Notes: a model not told the origin generated them from the letters alone. A DNA stretch of 64,000 nt from an uncultured Methanosarcinaceae archaeon (GCA_963833425.1 CAWHXP010000005.1:128001-192000), one strand, 5' to 3'; positions 11,035 through 23,059 are shown, numbered from the stretch's first letter. Numbers and translations are program-made.

Positions 11035-12069
11035 TTATTTCACTCCTTTATGGCTAAAATTAGTAATTTTTAGATTTGTGAATTTTGTTTTTGCTAACTA
11101 TTCAAGCTACAAAAAGTTATTTGGTTAATATCTATTCTGTTACATCAACAAATTTTGATGAACTACAATAAACTAAGTTTGTTAGTTATTTTAAATTAAT
11201 TATAAAAAAAATAGTTTCTGAATAAAATATATCTTCCCAGAAGATATTTTAACATCGAACAACAATTTAATATTAACGACGTTTTATTATATTTGGAGAT
11301 TTTCATAAATTTAATTTGAGCTTTCCTAAGTAAGTAATAACAAATTAACATTAGATTATAAAGCTTGATAAAAGTTATTATCAAAACCATATGGATTGAA
11401 TCAAAATTTTAAAATGCATGGTCAGATCTCGGGTCGCGAACAAATTTGATTAATAATTATATCACCCATTTTTAGGAAGCTGTAGTTCTACTGCAAAATG
11501 AAAATCTCATTATTTTTGCTTATTTTTTTCAATAACTAGATTATTCCATAAGTTTGGGAATCTACGAGTTTCTATTATTACATCCAAGTAAATTCAAAAA
11601 ATATTAGAAATATATGGATAAAATCAATAAATTCATTTGATATTCATTTTACTACGATTATTAGGTAAAATATTCGTATCTGAAGCATGAACATTTTAGA
11701 TTATAATCTGGTAAGAAGACAAAGTTTAGTACCAAATTTGCAAATATAAAAGCAAATTGTACTGTCAACGAACATGTGTTCTTAAGTAAAAAATGTATGT
11801 TTTTCTCATACAACACTGTACATAATATGTTTACAATATTCATATACTTGGATATATACAAAATTGAGTGGTTTCTCGATATAAGAATCTATATATCAGT
11901 TTGCTTTCTGTTACTTCACGACAGAAGTATCTTGATCTATCTTTGTGATCATTTATTTTTGTTGAGTTGCACGTACAGTTAGTATTATTGACATATATTG
12001 ACATTTTTTTATTAATATCAACCTGGAAGATATGGCATTACCTCATCAACCTCACTATATGGAGTAACA

Positions 12070-13350
12070 ATGACACTGATGGAAGATGCAAAAAAGGGAA
12101 CCATCACCCCTATAATAGAAGCTGTGGCAAAAGCTGAAGGAATCGATCCAAAAACTGTCCTCTCCTGCGTGGCAAAAGGACTGATAACTATCCCGAAAAA
12201 TAATCTGCGACAAGCCATTCCTATGGGGATTGGTAAATATATGAGTATAAAGATCAATGTCAATGTAGGAACCTCGAGAGACTGTATCGACATTGATGAT
12301 GAAATCGAAAAAGCGAGGGCTGCAGAAGCCTTTGGGGCTCATTCAATAATGGATCTTTCCACAGGTGGGGATCTTGACGAAATCCGCAACCTTATCCTCA
12401 GAGCCGTGAAAATTCCAGTAGGAACGGTTCCAATCTACCAGGCTGCAGCTTCCAGGAAAGTAGTTGTGGAAATGACCTCTGACGATATGTTCAATGCTGT
12501 CAAGAAACATGCTCAACAGGGAGTAGACTTTGTGACCGTACATGCTGGAGTCAACTTAAACTCCTTGGAGCGCCTACGCCAGAGTGACAGGATAATGAAT
12601 GTAGTCAGTCGTGGAGGCTCTTTTACCCTTGCTTGGATGCTACATAATGAGGAAGAAAATCCCTTTTATGCCGAATATGATTATCTCCTTGAGATCGCGA
12701 AAGAATATGATATGACCCTAAGTCTTGGCGATGGCATGCGCCCGGGCTGTATTGCCGATGCTTCCGACCGCCCTAAATTTATGGAATTCATTACACTCGG
12801 AGAGCTCGTAAAGAGAGCAAGGGCTTTCAACGTTCAAACTTTTGTTGAAGGCCCAGGACATGTTCCCATCAATGAAATTGAACTCAGCGTAAGAGGTATG
12901 AAAGAACTTTGCAATAACGCTCCGCTATATCTTCTTGGTCCAATTGTAACTGATATCGCTCCAGGATTCGACCATATCACCGGAGCGATAGGAGGAGCAA
13001 TTGCTGGTATGTACGGCTTAGATTTTCTCTGTATGGTGACCCCATCTGAACATCTTGCTCTTCCGACTCTTGAAGATATTAAAGAGGGACTGCTCGTAAC
13101 AAAGGTTGCAGCCCACGCTATAGATCTTATAAAGGAAGGACCTAATGAGAGAGCTTGGAAAAAGGATATCTCCATGGCCTACGCCAGAATGAATCTAGAC
13201 TGGGAAAAGCAATTCGAACTGGCAATCGATGGGTGCAGAGCCCGTAAAATCCGAGATGTCCGAAAGACGGAAAGTGATGCCTGTTCTATGTGCGGGGATC
13301 TGTGTGCTTTAAAAATTGTAAAGGAAGCCTTAGGTGAAAAGAAGACATAG
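12070..13350 (+). CDS. thiC: ThiC-family radical SAM enzyme (phosphomethylpyrimidine synthase, or a Bza paralog)
   Basis: [39 protein letters not shown] and the C-terminal CSMCGDLC cluster motif. Confidence 0.88.
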   Translation: MTLMEDAKKGTITPIIEAVAKAEGIDPKTVLSCVAKGLITIPKNNLRQAIPMGIGKYMSIKINVNVGTSRDCIDIDDEIEKARAAEAFGAHSIMDLSTGGDLDEIRNLILRAVKIPVGTVPIYQAAASRKVVVEMTSDDMFNAVKKHAQQGVDFVTVHAGVNLNSLERLRQSDRIMNVVSRGGSFTLAWMLHNEEENPFYAEYDYLLEIAKEYDMTLSLGDGMRPGCIADASDRPKFMEFITLGELVKRARAFNVQTFVEGPGHVPINEIELSVRGMKELCNNAPLYLLGPIVTDIAPGFDHITGAIGGAIAGMYGLDFLCMVTPSEHLALPTLEDIKEGLLVTKVAAHAIDLIKEGPNERAWKKDISMAYARMNLDWEKQFELAIDGCRARKIRDVRKTESDACSMCGDLCALKIVKEALGEKKT

Positions 13351-14393
13351 AGTGAAGTCTTTATTCACCATTTCACGTTCGTTCCCATTTTTTTCCAATA
13401 ATCTTCAACTTAAATCGTCCCACAAACTGATGCTATTAGTATACTTAAAATAAGGGAACTAATCCTCTCATAAACCACCTAACCTAGTTATTCCATGTAT
13501 TATGTGGATATAACCTTGAAATATCAAGATAACCGATAGACTCAAAGGTAATGATGAACTCCAACGGGCTAGATGATTAATTGTCTTACCTAAAGAAATC
13601 CCTTATAAAATTGAGATATCATTTTTAACAAAAATGCCTTCAGTAAATCAATTATAGATGAACTTTTCAGATGCTAGAATAGAATGAGCTTCGTTTTTCA
13701 TATATTTTTTTTGTACAAATTTGTGACAAGGTTGAAGATATGAACAAAGTTCTCTATGACATATTCGGAAATAAATAGAAATCCAAAAATTACATGTTAA
13801 TTTAAATGCAGCAACATCACATTTTTCTGATATTACTCAAATTTTAAGGGATAAAAATTACATTATTGTCTTTTTATAGAAACTTTGCTTTTTTATTTGA
13901 TATAATAGGGCAGTAGCAACGAAAAATAAGTTTTTGAACATATAAAACATAAGACTTGATGACTATCCTTGACTATTTGAATCCCAAAATCTATTTGAGT
14001 AGCGGAATTGTCCCAAAATCAATTTTGTATTCGTGATCGAAATCATATTTAAGCTTTCCAGGGCAATTCACTGATCAGTTTTATAACGATTTTTAAAAAC
14101 CAAAATTAATACAACCTTCCTGCCTAAGATAATCATGAAGTCAATAGAAAAAAAGTAAAATGAAAAGTACTTTCATTTGTCAGTGCTTGCTATTTGAAGA
14201 ATTTCATGTTCATTTTATACAATATAATCCTTATTTCGTAGCATTTAACCAGTGAAACTGATCAAAGTACTAAAAGATTTCAAAAATCGGAATCATGATG
14301 CTCATTAAAAATCTATTTTATGTTTCGTTATGCACCTCAAGTGCACAGTTCTATTTAATATTTTTTATAGGATGATGCATCTATGGGATTAGT

Positions 14394-15125
14394 ATGTTTC
14401 GAGTAGTTCTTGTAATGGATATATTTAATCGTGGCGTGGTTCTAGCAAAAGGAGGTCTTAGAGAAAATTACTTTCCTGTTTCGGATTCGAGTATTATCTG
14501 TAGAAACTCTGATCCTCTGGATATAGTTGAGTTATTGAGGCCCCAAGAAGTCTATATCGCTGATCTTAATGTACTGCAGCAAAAAGGGCCTATCGAGATG
14601 AATGTTGAGATTATCCGGGAAGTGAGTCTACGGACAAACACGATGCTTGATTTCGGCATCTCGTCTCAGGAAGAAGTAGATAAAGCTCTTTCGATTGCAA
14701 ACACTGTAGTAATAGGCACAGAGACCGGCATTCTTTCAGCAATTAAGGAGGCATCTTTCGGAAATCCTGGGAGGGTCAGTGTAAGCATTGATATGAAGCA
14801 GGGAAGAGTCCTGAAAAAGGACCAAGAGATACCGGGCAATCTGTTTGAAATCGTTAAGATACTGAATTATTTTCCCCTGAAGGATTTAATTTTTCTTGAC
14901 CTTGACAGGGTTGGAACTACTTCAGGCTTTGATTCCCTACTCCTCTACAAACTGGTTGAATCTTCAAGGCATATTGTGCTACTTGCAGGAGGGGTCCGGA
15001 ATATGGAAGATCTCTCCACTCTTGAGAGGCTTGGGATAAAAGGCGCCCTAGTTGCAACTGCGGTTCATTCAGGTAAAATTTTTCAGGAAGTGTTGAGTTC
15101 AGAGATTAAACTGAATAACAAATAA
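14394..15125 (+). CDS. HisA/HisF-related TIM-barrel protein
   Basis: VMDIFNRGVVLAKGGLRENY, YIADLN, LDLDRVGT, AGGVRNMEDL, LVATAVHSG. Confidence 0.8.
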   Translation: MFRVVLVMDIFNRGVVLAKGGLRENYFPVSDSSIICRNSDPLDIVELLRPQEVYIADLNVLQQKGPIEMNVEIIREVSLRTNTMLDFGISSQEEVDKALSIANTVVIGTETGILSAIKEASFGNPGRVSVSIDMKQGRVLKKDQEIPGNLFEIVKILNYFPLKDLIFLDLDRVGTTSGFDSLLLYKLVESSRHIVLLAGGVRNMEDLSTLERLGIKGALVATAVHSGKIFQEVLSSEIKLNNK

Positions 15126-15340
15126 CAATTCATACATATCAAAAAAAGTTTTTTACTTCTGTCTTTATATGTCTGGTATTAATTATATTGAGTATCTTTA
15201 TTTCAAGCAAAGGGTTAACGTTTATAATAAAAAAATTGATAAACTCTTAAATTTAGTTATATGCTTATAATTTGTTTATAAATGATTATTGAAAATTAAA
15301 AATTTATAAAAATTTCTTAAAATGTAGAGAGGTTTACAAT

Positions 15341-15601
15341 ATGGTAGAGGAAAACACATCTAAAGATAATATTGAGGAAAATGATGAGGAAGAAAGTGGG
15401 GAAGGATATATGGAGATCAAGATGGGGGGAGGTTGGTACATTACTATCTCCCTGGCGCACAGCGACCGTTTCGAAAAGGAGTACGTAGAGCTTGCAAAAG
15501 AACGTGGGGGTGCAAAGAAGTCCAGGTTCAATCTCAACCCCACACATGTCAGGATGCTTGGAGAAGCCCTGATTAAATTTGCAGACAATAATGGACTTTA
15601 A
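15341..15601 (+). CDS. Hypothetical protein with acidic N-terminus
   Basis: 86-aa ORF with upstream GAGAGGT RBS and protein-like composition. Confidence 0.7.
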   Translation: MVEENTSKDNIEENDEEESGEGYMEIKMGGGWYITISLAHSDRFEKEYVELAKERGGAKKSRFNLNPTHVRMLGEALIKFADNNGL

Positions 15602-15662
15602 CAGAAAATCTATTTTCTTTATTTTTCCGACTTAATTTTCATACATAACCCATATTTCTGAT

Positions 15663-16280
15663 TCACTTTCTACGCAGAAACTCCAGAACTTTCTCTGTGA
15701 CTTCCTTTTCTACATTTTCAGGAAAACAAGATGCATCGATTATGATGAAACGCTCAGAGTCTTCGTACGCTAGCCTGAGGAAAAGCTCTCGGACTTTCCT
15801 CAAAAACTCTAGTTTTTCGAACTTGCTTTGATTTCCTCTTTTCCAACAGCGTTCGACTGATATTTCGGGTCTGATATCAAATAGAAAAGTCAGGTCAGGG
15901 ACAATGGTCCAATCCCTATGGAGATTTTGTATCCATTCTAGCGGATTCTTCAAATGATTTTTTAAGGTTACACCCTGATAAGCATAGCAGCTATCGGAAT
16001 AGCGATCGGAAATAACGGATTTCCCACCTTCAAGTGCAGGTTTAATAATCTTTGCCAGATGTTCAGCATGGTCAGCTGTAAAAAGAAAGAGCTCAGCAAG
16101 TTGGTCTATATCCAACTTAATGGCTTTCTCCACCGCAGTTCCAGTAAGTGTTCCTCTTGTTGGTTCCCTGGTAAATATAGGATCAAATGCGATAATTTCA
16201 GGATTTTCCTGAAGTTTTTTTGCAACCATACTTTTACCTGAACCGTCTATACCTTCGAGTGTAATCAGTTTGCCTCTCAT
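15663..16280 (-). CDS. tmk: Thymidylate kinase
   Basis: LITLEGIDGSGKS, TREP, SDRYSDS..AYQG, PDLTFLFD. Start placed at MRGKLIT. Confidence 0.93.
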   Translation of the reverse strand: MRGKLITLEGIDGSGKSMVAKKLQENPEIIAFDPIFTREPTRGTLTGTAVEKAIKLDIDQLAELFLFTADHAEHLAKIIKPALEGGKSVISDRYSDSCYAYQGVTLKNHLKNPLEWIQNLHRDWTIVPDLTFLFDIRPEISVERCWKRGNQSKFEKLEFLRKVRELFLRLAYEDSERFIIIDASCFPENVEKEVTEKVLEFLRRK

Positions 16281-16433
16281 AAGAACCGTCTTTTCATTTC
16301 TGTAACAGTTTTTACTGAAACGCACTATGTGTATTTATATTCTATAGAGGGTTGCCATGTGCTGAAGATTCAGGCAACAATCGTGAACAAAATAAACACA
16401 TATTTATGCAATATTAAAAAATAGCTTAGATTA

Positions 16434-17096
16434 ATGACATTAATAGGAGTTATCACTAGGGGCAAATATGGCCATCGTTTGATTGATACTGTTAAGGAAC
16501 ACAGTGATTTTTCTGTAGTCACCGCTGATTTGCCTGAGTCAGTGCCCTTATTCATTGAAGATCCAGATCAATATCTTGAAGCTCTTAATTTCGACAAGAG
16601 CGTTTTTTCTGCTGAAATAGTTATTACATATTCTCTGCATCCGGATCTGACATATTCAATTGCAAAATTTGCTGCAAGGGCAGGTGTGCGTTCCCTAATA
16701 GTTCCTGGTGGTTCGTCCAGAGCTTCAATTCCGGAACTCAACACGATTTCTGAAGCGTCTGGAATGGATATAGAAGTACACGAAATTTGCTGTACACTTG
16801 AACCCAACGAATTCAACAGGCCTTTTACGGATATATTTGGATCACCTATCCTGGAAGTCAAGACAAATGAGGAAAAAATTATAGATGTTAAGGTTTTAAA
16901 AGGCGCTCCTTGTGGAAGTACTTGGTATATGGCAAAAGAAATCGTTGGAGTTCCTCTAAAAGACGCCCCCCCAAAAGCTGGTCTGTTGATTCAGCATTAT
17001 CCTTGTAGAGCAGCACGTGGAGATCTTGGAGGGATCCACGAATCAGGAGAGCTTCATAAACAAGCTTTTATAAAAGCTCTTGTAAATCAGGAGTGA
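16434..17096 (+). CDS. DUF166-like (ThiS/tetrahydromethanopterin-unrelated) conserved archaeal protein
   Basis: LHPDL, ICCTL, GAPCGSTW and YPCRA motifs typical of the DUF166 family. Confidence 0.75.
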   Translation: MTLIGVITRGKYGHRLIDTVKEHSDFSVVTADLPESVPLFIEDPDQYLEALNFDKSVFSAEIVITYSLHPDLTYSIAKFAARAGVRSLIVPGGSSRASIPELNTISEASGMDIEVHEICCTLEPNEFNRPFTDIFGSPILEVKTNEEKIIDVKVLKGAPCGSTWYMAKEIVGVPLKDAPPKAGLLIQHYPCRAARGDLGGIHESGELHKQAFIKALVNQE

Positions 17097-17217
17097 CTAT
17101 ATATTCTTTGAAAAAGCATATTCTATATGTGGCTGAAAGTGAGATCAAGTTGTTCTTTTCTGAAAATATTTGAATTTTGACAATGCTAATCTTCAGTATT
17201 CATATAGAGGTGAAAAC

Positions 17218-17601
17218 ATTAGTTCCCTATGTATATCAGAGAACTCAGGACCCGAAGACCTTGAATCGATAGCATTAGCAGTGCACTCTCTGATAGGGCT
17301 TCCTACAACCATACGTAGCCTTAAACAAAGAGGGCTTCGCCTTGAAAAAGGGGAAATTCTTGACAGAGACTACACAGGACCTGTTCTAGAAGAAGTATTG
17401 AAGACCAACAAAGTTGTTCATGAGGTCCCCATTGAAGGTATATACAAAGGGAAAAATGTGGTTGTTGCTCCTATTCGCTCAAAGGAAGGGGAAGTTATTG
17501 GTGCTCTGGGGATCGTAGACCTGTTGGCTACAATTGATATTCCCTCCGTTTTTCAGGAATACATTCATGTAATGGAAGAAGTTGAGGATGCGAAGAAGTA
17601 G
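17218..17601 (+). CDS. DUF2111-like conserved methanogen protein
   Basis: LPTTIRS...DYTGPVLEEV...GIYKG..VVVAPI...IGALGIVDL. Start placed at ATT 4 nt after a GAGGTGA RBS; the ORF track uses TTG at 17170. Confidence 0.7.
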   Translation: MSSLCISENSGPEDLESIALAVHSLIGLPTTIRSLKQRGLRLEKGEILDRDYTGPVLEEVLKTNKVVHEVPIEGIYKGKNVVVAPIRSKEGEVIGALGIVDLLATIDIPSVFQEYIHVMEEVEDAKK

Positions 17602-18641
17602 AATTAATCAAAGTTTCGGTGTAATACAGCGTTGCTGGCAATGGGTAAGAAATTGCTCGATATATAATGGAATTATTCAAAATGAAATTTTTTGATTTGC
17701 CTATGTCCTTCTTTTTATTCTGTTATCTTATTTCAAAATACTTTTTAATTATATCGGAAGTTTTACCATCACTCACAGTTCCAATATAAACTCTCACTCC
17801 AAAGTCCACAGCAAAGTAAATATTTTTTAATTTAGGTATATTCTTTAAGGATTTTTTTTTGCTGTGATACTTTTTATAATCTGAATCACTCTTAGAAGTA
17901 AATGATTAGTTCAGCACCAACTACCATAAATACCTGTATTGTTTACAGCATTTGTTTATTATTACTTGAAAAGTAAATAATATTTATTTAGTAACATAAT
18001 AATCATGTATTTATTCTGTGACTTTGCAAGACAGCAAGTAGAATATATCCATTCAATATCTCTCAGAATTGTGAATTTCTGTTTGACAGTATGTAACTCG
18101 TTAAGTCTGGTTACGGTTTATGATGACAAAATTATAGGATCTGTTTCATTTTTGTCTCCAGGTAAGCGAAAACTCAAAGGAATCTTCTCTTTTACCTAAT
18201 ATCAGCCATGCTAGATTAAAGTTTCACCATCCTTCAACTAGTCCATGCATTTGAAAGAGATTCAGCTTGCTTCAAAAGTGAATATGCATATAGATTAGAT
18301 TCTATCCGAAAAGTCATTAATGGCATGCTGTAAAGTACTTAGACACAGGAATAGAAATCTCTGGATAAATCCGTGAGCTTATTAGAAGCTCACAGTGGGA
18401 CTTAAATCATAAAGTTAACAGATTATTCATCAACTTATAGAAAATTAGGCCTTAGATGAATTATAAGAATACATTTTTATAATTTATATACTATAATGTG
18501 TTTTCAAAACATCACAGACGAGATTTTAGGATGCCAAGAGTAGTATTCTTGAGCCAGAAAAATTATGTTCTCATTTAGTATACTTCTTTAATAGACAAAC
18601 TAGAATTTAAATTTGAAAGTGTTTTTCTTATGTGTTAAAAG

Positions 18642-20291
18642 TTAATTTTTTAACCCTACGGGTTTGATTGGTAAAGTGAAATAAAAAGTTGAACCTTTGC
18701 ATAATTCTGATTCAACCCATATACGCTCACCGTGCCCTTCTACAATTCTCTTACAAATTGAAAGTCCTATTCCTGTTCCAGGATATTTTTCCCTGCTATT
18801 TAATCTTTTAAATATTTCAAAAATTCTTTCCGAATATTGTGGATCGATCCCAATTCCATTGTCTTTCACTGAAAATATCCATTCACTCGCTTTTTTCTCT
18901 ACAGCGATATAAATTTTGGGCGCTTCTTCATTGTGGAACTTTATTCCGTTGAGTATCCGATTCTGAAACACCTGACCCAGCTGGGTAGAATCTGCTATTA
19001 CTTTAGGTAGAGGATCATGGGAAATAGTAGCTTTCTTTTCGTTTATAATCAATTTTAAATTGGATAACATCTGATTCAAAATAAATTCACTACTCGCAAT
19101 TTCAGGTTCTCTAGTACGTTTAGTCACTCGAGAAAATTCTAAAAGATCAGTTATCATATTTTGCATACGGGCAGCCCCTTAAACAGCGAAGTAGATGTAC
19201 TTATCAGCTTTCTCATCGAGATTACCTTGATATCGCCTTTGTAAAAGCTGCAAATAACTTGTGATCATCCTCAGGGGTTCTTGTAAGTCATGAGAAGAAA
19301 CGTAAGCGAATTGTTCTAATTCTTCATTTGAGACGGCAAGCTCTTCTAATTTCAATTTTAAAGTTTTTTCTGCTCTTTTACGCTCAGTGATGTCAGTGAG
19401 CATGCTCAGAGAACCCACAAACTTGCCATCTTTATCAAAAAAGGCTTTATAACTTAGATGAATCCATAAAGATGAGCCATCTTTATTTATTAATTTCAAG
19501 TCATAGCTATCATTGATACCTTGCCGGCTCTTTTCCAGATTCAGTTTGACGACATCCTTACTTTCTTCACTTACGAAGCTCCATATAGGTTTTCCAATAC
19601 CTTCTTCGAGAGAATATCCGAGCATATCCGTCAGTTTCTTATTGGCATAAGTAACTACAGCTCCTTCATCAATTATGAGTATACCTTCGTTTGCTGTTTC
19701 TACGATGTTGCGGTACTTTTTTTCACTTTCAAGAAGTTTTTCTTCTACTTTTTTAAGCTCCGTCAAGTCTGTGACCACAATGCACCAGGCATTCGGTGAT
19801 TCCTTAGCCCCAAATGAATTAATAGATAGGTATACTGGCAAAGATATTTCACCTTCCGCCAGGAGTTTGATTTCCCTCTCTCCCTTCTAGTTCTCTAGGA
19901 GTGCCTTGAAAGTGATCTCGTTCTCAGGTGCAATGAATCGAGAGACAGATGTGCCAACTATGGTTTGTGGTGGCATCCTTAGAAGTGCTGCAAAGTGACG
20001 GTTGCAGTAAAGGATGGTACTATCAAAGCCAAGGGTGGCTGTACCTTCATTCATTGTCTCCACTAGGGTGCGATACGCACGGTCGGCATTATCCAGGGTA
20101 AAGATCAAATCCTCTTCTTGTTCGTGGAATACCAGAGCATCCAGATCCTTTTCTCTAATTGCGTGCTTTAGTTCATCACCCTCTTCTAGACAGACTCTCA
20201 AATTTTGTATCTCAGCTTTTAAGGCATGATTCTCATCCAATAATGCCGTATAAGTGATGGGTTCCTGACCTTTTTCTTCCCTAGAACTCAT
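18642..20291 (-). pseudogene. PAS-PAS/PAC sensor histidine kinase (Cph1-like kinase core) with two in-frame stops
   Basis: Three track ORFs lie in one frame, separated by TAG (19887-19889) and TAA (19179-19181). Motifs: [29 protein letters not shown]-box, DNGIGI and GTGIGL. Confidence 0.88.
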
Positions 20292-20326
20292 ATTTATGTT
20301 GTCCTTTCAAAAATCGATTACCCTTT

Positions 20327-20685
20327 CTAAGCCCTAAATTTTATGTCTAGTCCAACCAGAACCCTTTCGGTATCAGCCATGCTGCCTATGATCTTCTTCA
20401 AGGGCAAAGGAAGTTCTTTTATGAGAGTGGGAGCTGCTACTATCTGGCCATCTTCAGCGTAAATTGGATCCTGATAGATATCAATAACCTCAAGCTGGCA
20501 TTTGCCTGACAGGTGTTCTTCACATATCTTTTTGAGATTGTTTATCGCTTGCACAGATTTGGGGCCCATACCTGCAACATAGAGGCGCAGAACGTATTTT
20601 TCCTCCCTCTTTTGGCATGGGCTTCCTCAAAAGCTGATGTACAATCCTTGACATCCAATATCTTGGTCTCTTCAGTTTCGTTCAT
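20327..20685 (-). pseudogene. kaiB: KaiB-family protein 3 (frameshifted)
   Basis: MNETEE... shifts frame near 20605 into KYVLRLYVAGMGPKSVQAINNLKKICEEHL...EVIDIYQDP...AAPTLIKELPLPLKKIIG. ATGA overlap with the upstream kaiB. Confidence 0.88.
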
Positions 20686-21030
20686 TGGGTATCACTTCTA
20701 GAGTGCAAATCCAAGCCTACCAGAACACGTTCCGTATTTGAAAGATCTCCTATAATCTTCTTTATCGGCGTAGGAAGCTTTCTAACTAGCGTAGGGATAG
20801 CTAATATCTGATCCCCTTTAGCTAGTTGAGGGTTCGCCAGGAGATCTATAACCTCTAATACTGTACCTGCCACCCAAGTGCTCCGTGCAGATTTTTTTTA
20901 AGTTAGCAAAAGCCTCCAGGGTCTTCCTAGTCTGGCCAGCTACATATAGCCTCAAAATATAAAAATCCTGATCAGATATAGAAGACTCAATTGGCACAGA
21001 GTCATCGTCATTTCGTGCTACAACTTTCAT
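20682..21030 (-). pseudogene. kaiB: KaiB-family protein 2 (frameshifted)
   Basis: [35 protein letters not shown], frameshift near 20858, then [48 protein letters not shown]. Confidence 0.9.
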
Positions 21031-21273
21031 AATTTTTCCACCATTAAACTTAATGAAATTACACATTTTCTGGACAATTCCTTTTCCTACAACTTTTGAA
21101 ACCCATAAATTTATAGCTAAGACGAATTCTAGGACAATGAAAATAGCAAATCACACTTGGTTTGAGATAACTGCCGATATGAACTACGGTAGATATAAGC
21201 CTGGAGATCATATTTAGACTTCTTGTTCCTCACGACATCGGCTTTTTCGGCTTTTGATCCTCTGTGGGAGTCT

Positions 21274-21630
21274 TCACTGCATATATTTTTCAGTAACAAC
21301 ACTAGTAAAATTATCACTACGTAAATCCAGAAACTCTAGAACCCTTTCTTGATTGGAGAGATCTCCTATGATCCTCTTTCCAGGGTAATTCTTTCTCACA
21401 AGGGTAGGAATAGCTATGATCTGATCCTCTCTAGCAAGATTTGGGTTCTTTGTAAGGTCTATAATCTCAATATGGCACTTTTGAGCGAGATATTTAGAAC
21501 ATATCATTTTTAAGTTATCAACAGCCAATTGGCTCTTCATATGATTGGCTGCTACATAGAGTCTCAGTTTGTAAAGATTCTCATCTTGCTGGGCTTGCCT
21601 GGTTGAATCTTTCGGTTGTTCTGTATCCAT
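21274..21630 (-). CDS. kaiB: KaiB-family protein 1 (open frame)
   Basis: YKLRLYVA...[27 protein letters not shown]...RIIGDLSNQERVL. Confidence 0.9.
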   Translation of the reverse strand: MDTEQPKDSTRQAQQDENLYKLRLYVAANHMKSQLAVDNLKMICSKYLAQKCHIEIIDLTKNPNLAREDQIIAIPTLVRKNYPGKRIIGDLSNQERVLEFLDLRSDNFTSVVTEKYMQ

Positions 21631-21652
21631 CGTCGAAGTCTCCCTTGCCCAC

Positions 21653-23005
21653 TTAGACAATGTCTGCTTTCCTTATTCGTGCCATCGCACCTTTATTTGC
21701 TTCCAGCGCCTTCCTCCTGAGTGCATCTTCGTATGTGAGCTTATCAAGCTCCTCTTTCTGCATCTCAACCTCGGAGCTCAATGCTGTTATCTGAGCATCC
21801 AGGAATTTTAGCTTACTTTCCAGTTCTCTTTTCCTCTGCACCACATTTTTGCTTTGAATTATAGACTCAGCCATCTCCTTAGCTTCCTGGACAGCTCTGG
21901 AAGACCCCATAAGCAGGCCTCCTGATGGTCCAAGGTAGACATCATGAATCTCTATGCCATTATCAGTCACCAGATATTCTCTGATCTGGTTGGAGTGTTT
22001 CATACCTCTTGACTTGATCACCGATATTCCAAGATTGCGCTAGCTATCATTCTCAAAGAAACGAAGATTGATCCAAGTATCCATAAGAGATGATATACCC
22101 TGAGCATTTATGCCATCTATATTTTCATTTTCTACCAGACTAGTGCATACTGCAGTGATATTCTTGAGCTTCAAGTAATCAACGACCCTTGTGAGCGTGA
22201 ACTTAACATTGGCTTCATCACCTACATTGATCATGTTGGATATAGGATCTATGACCAAGACTGCTGGTTTGAACCTATCTATCAGTCTGTGCATGGTTAC
22301 CAAATGCATTTCCAAACCATAGGCCATGGGCCGTTAAGCACTTATTTGCATTAAGCCAGTATCGACATAGTGCTGAAAGTCTATACCTATAGATCTCATA
22401 TTCCTGATTATCTGGCTTGGAGATTCCTCGAAAGCAAAGTATAGGCAGCTCTCTCCTCGCTCGCAGATAGCTTTGGCAAACTCGGCTGCAAAGCTGGTCT
22501 TGCCTGTGCCGGCTGTTCCGGAGATTAGTATGGTTGTGCCACGATAGTAGCCCTGACCACCAAGCATTGTATCCAAGCGCTTTATGCCCGTGGAGCCCCT
22601 CTATGCAGATACTTCATGCTCCAGACCTAGGGATGTAATTGGCAAAACAGATATCCCATCTTCTTCTATCAGGAAAGGATACTCGTTAGTACCGTGTTTG
22701 GATCCCCTGTACTTAATTATCCTCAGGCGTCTGGTGGCTATTTGATTCTCCATCCTATTATCGAGAAGGATAACGCAGTCTGCAACATACTCTTCAAGTC
22801 CGTATCTAGTGAGAGACGTTTCTCCCCGTTCGCCAGTGACTATAGCCGTCACGCCCTTCGTATTAAGCCAGCGGAAGAGCCTACGTAGCTCAGAACGCAG
22901 TATAGCTTCATTCTTGAACCCAGCGAATAAAACTTCTAGAGTATCGATAGCCACACGCTTGGCATCTATAGAATCTATAGCCGACCCAAGTATGATGAAT
23001 AGACC
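21653..23005 (-). pseudogene. kaiC: KaiC 3' portion (rest of CI domain, CII domain, C-terminal coiled extension) with three in-frame stops
   Basis: One frame: GLFIILGSAIDSIDAKRVAIDTLE...YGLEEYVADCV...KYRGSKH...GTAGTGKT...FEES...ISSLMDTW...KSRGMKHSNQIRE. Stops at 22601-22603 (TAG), 22334-22336 (TAA) and 22040-22042 (TAG). Confidence 0.93.
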
Positions 23006-23017
23006 TTATAGGTCTAT
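22999..23017. other. Integrase-proximal attachment site of the integrated element
   Basis: Palindrome ATAGAC-CTTATAG-GTCTAT exactly where KaiC homology stops; its core CCTTATAG matches CCTTCTAG at 40222-40229. Confidence 0.85.
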
Positions 23018-23059
23018 ATACTAAAAATTTATAGTCCTTAACTTCTATTAGATATATAC

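Noticed and set aside
11850..12069. TPP riboswitch upstream of the thiC-like gene
   Set aside because: No GCTGAGA or other TPP aptamer consensus visible.
18642..23005. Pyrrolysine (UAG) readthrough rescuing kaiC and the kinase
   Set aside because: Several stops are in-frame TAG, but each gene also has an in-frame TAA (22334, 19179), two kaiB genes are frameshifted, and intact genes here (thiC-like, DUF2111-like) end in TAG.
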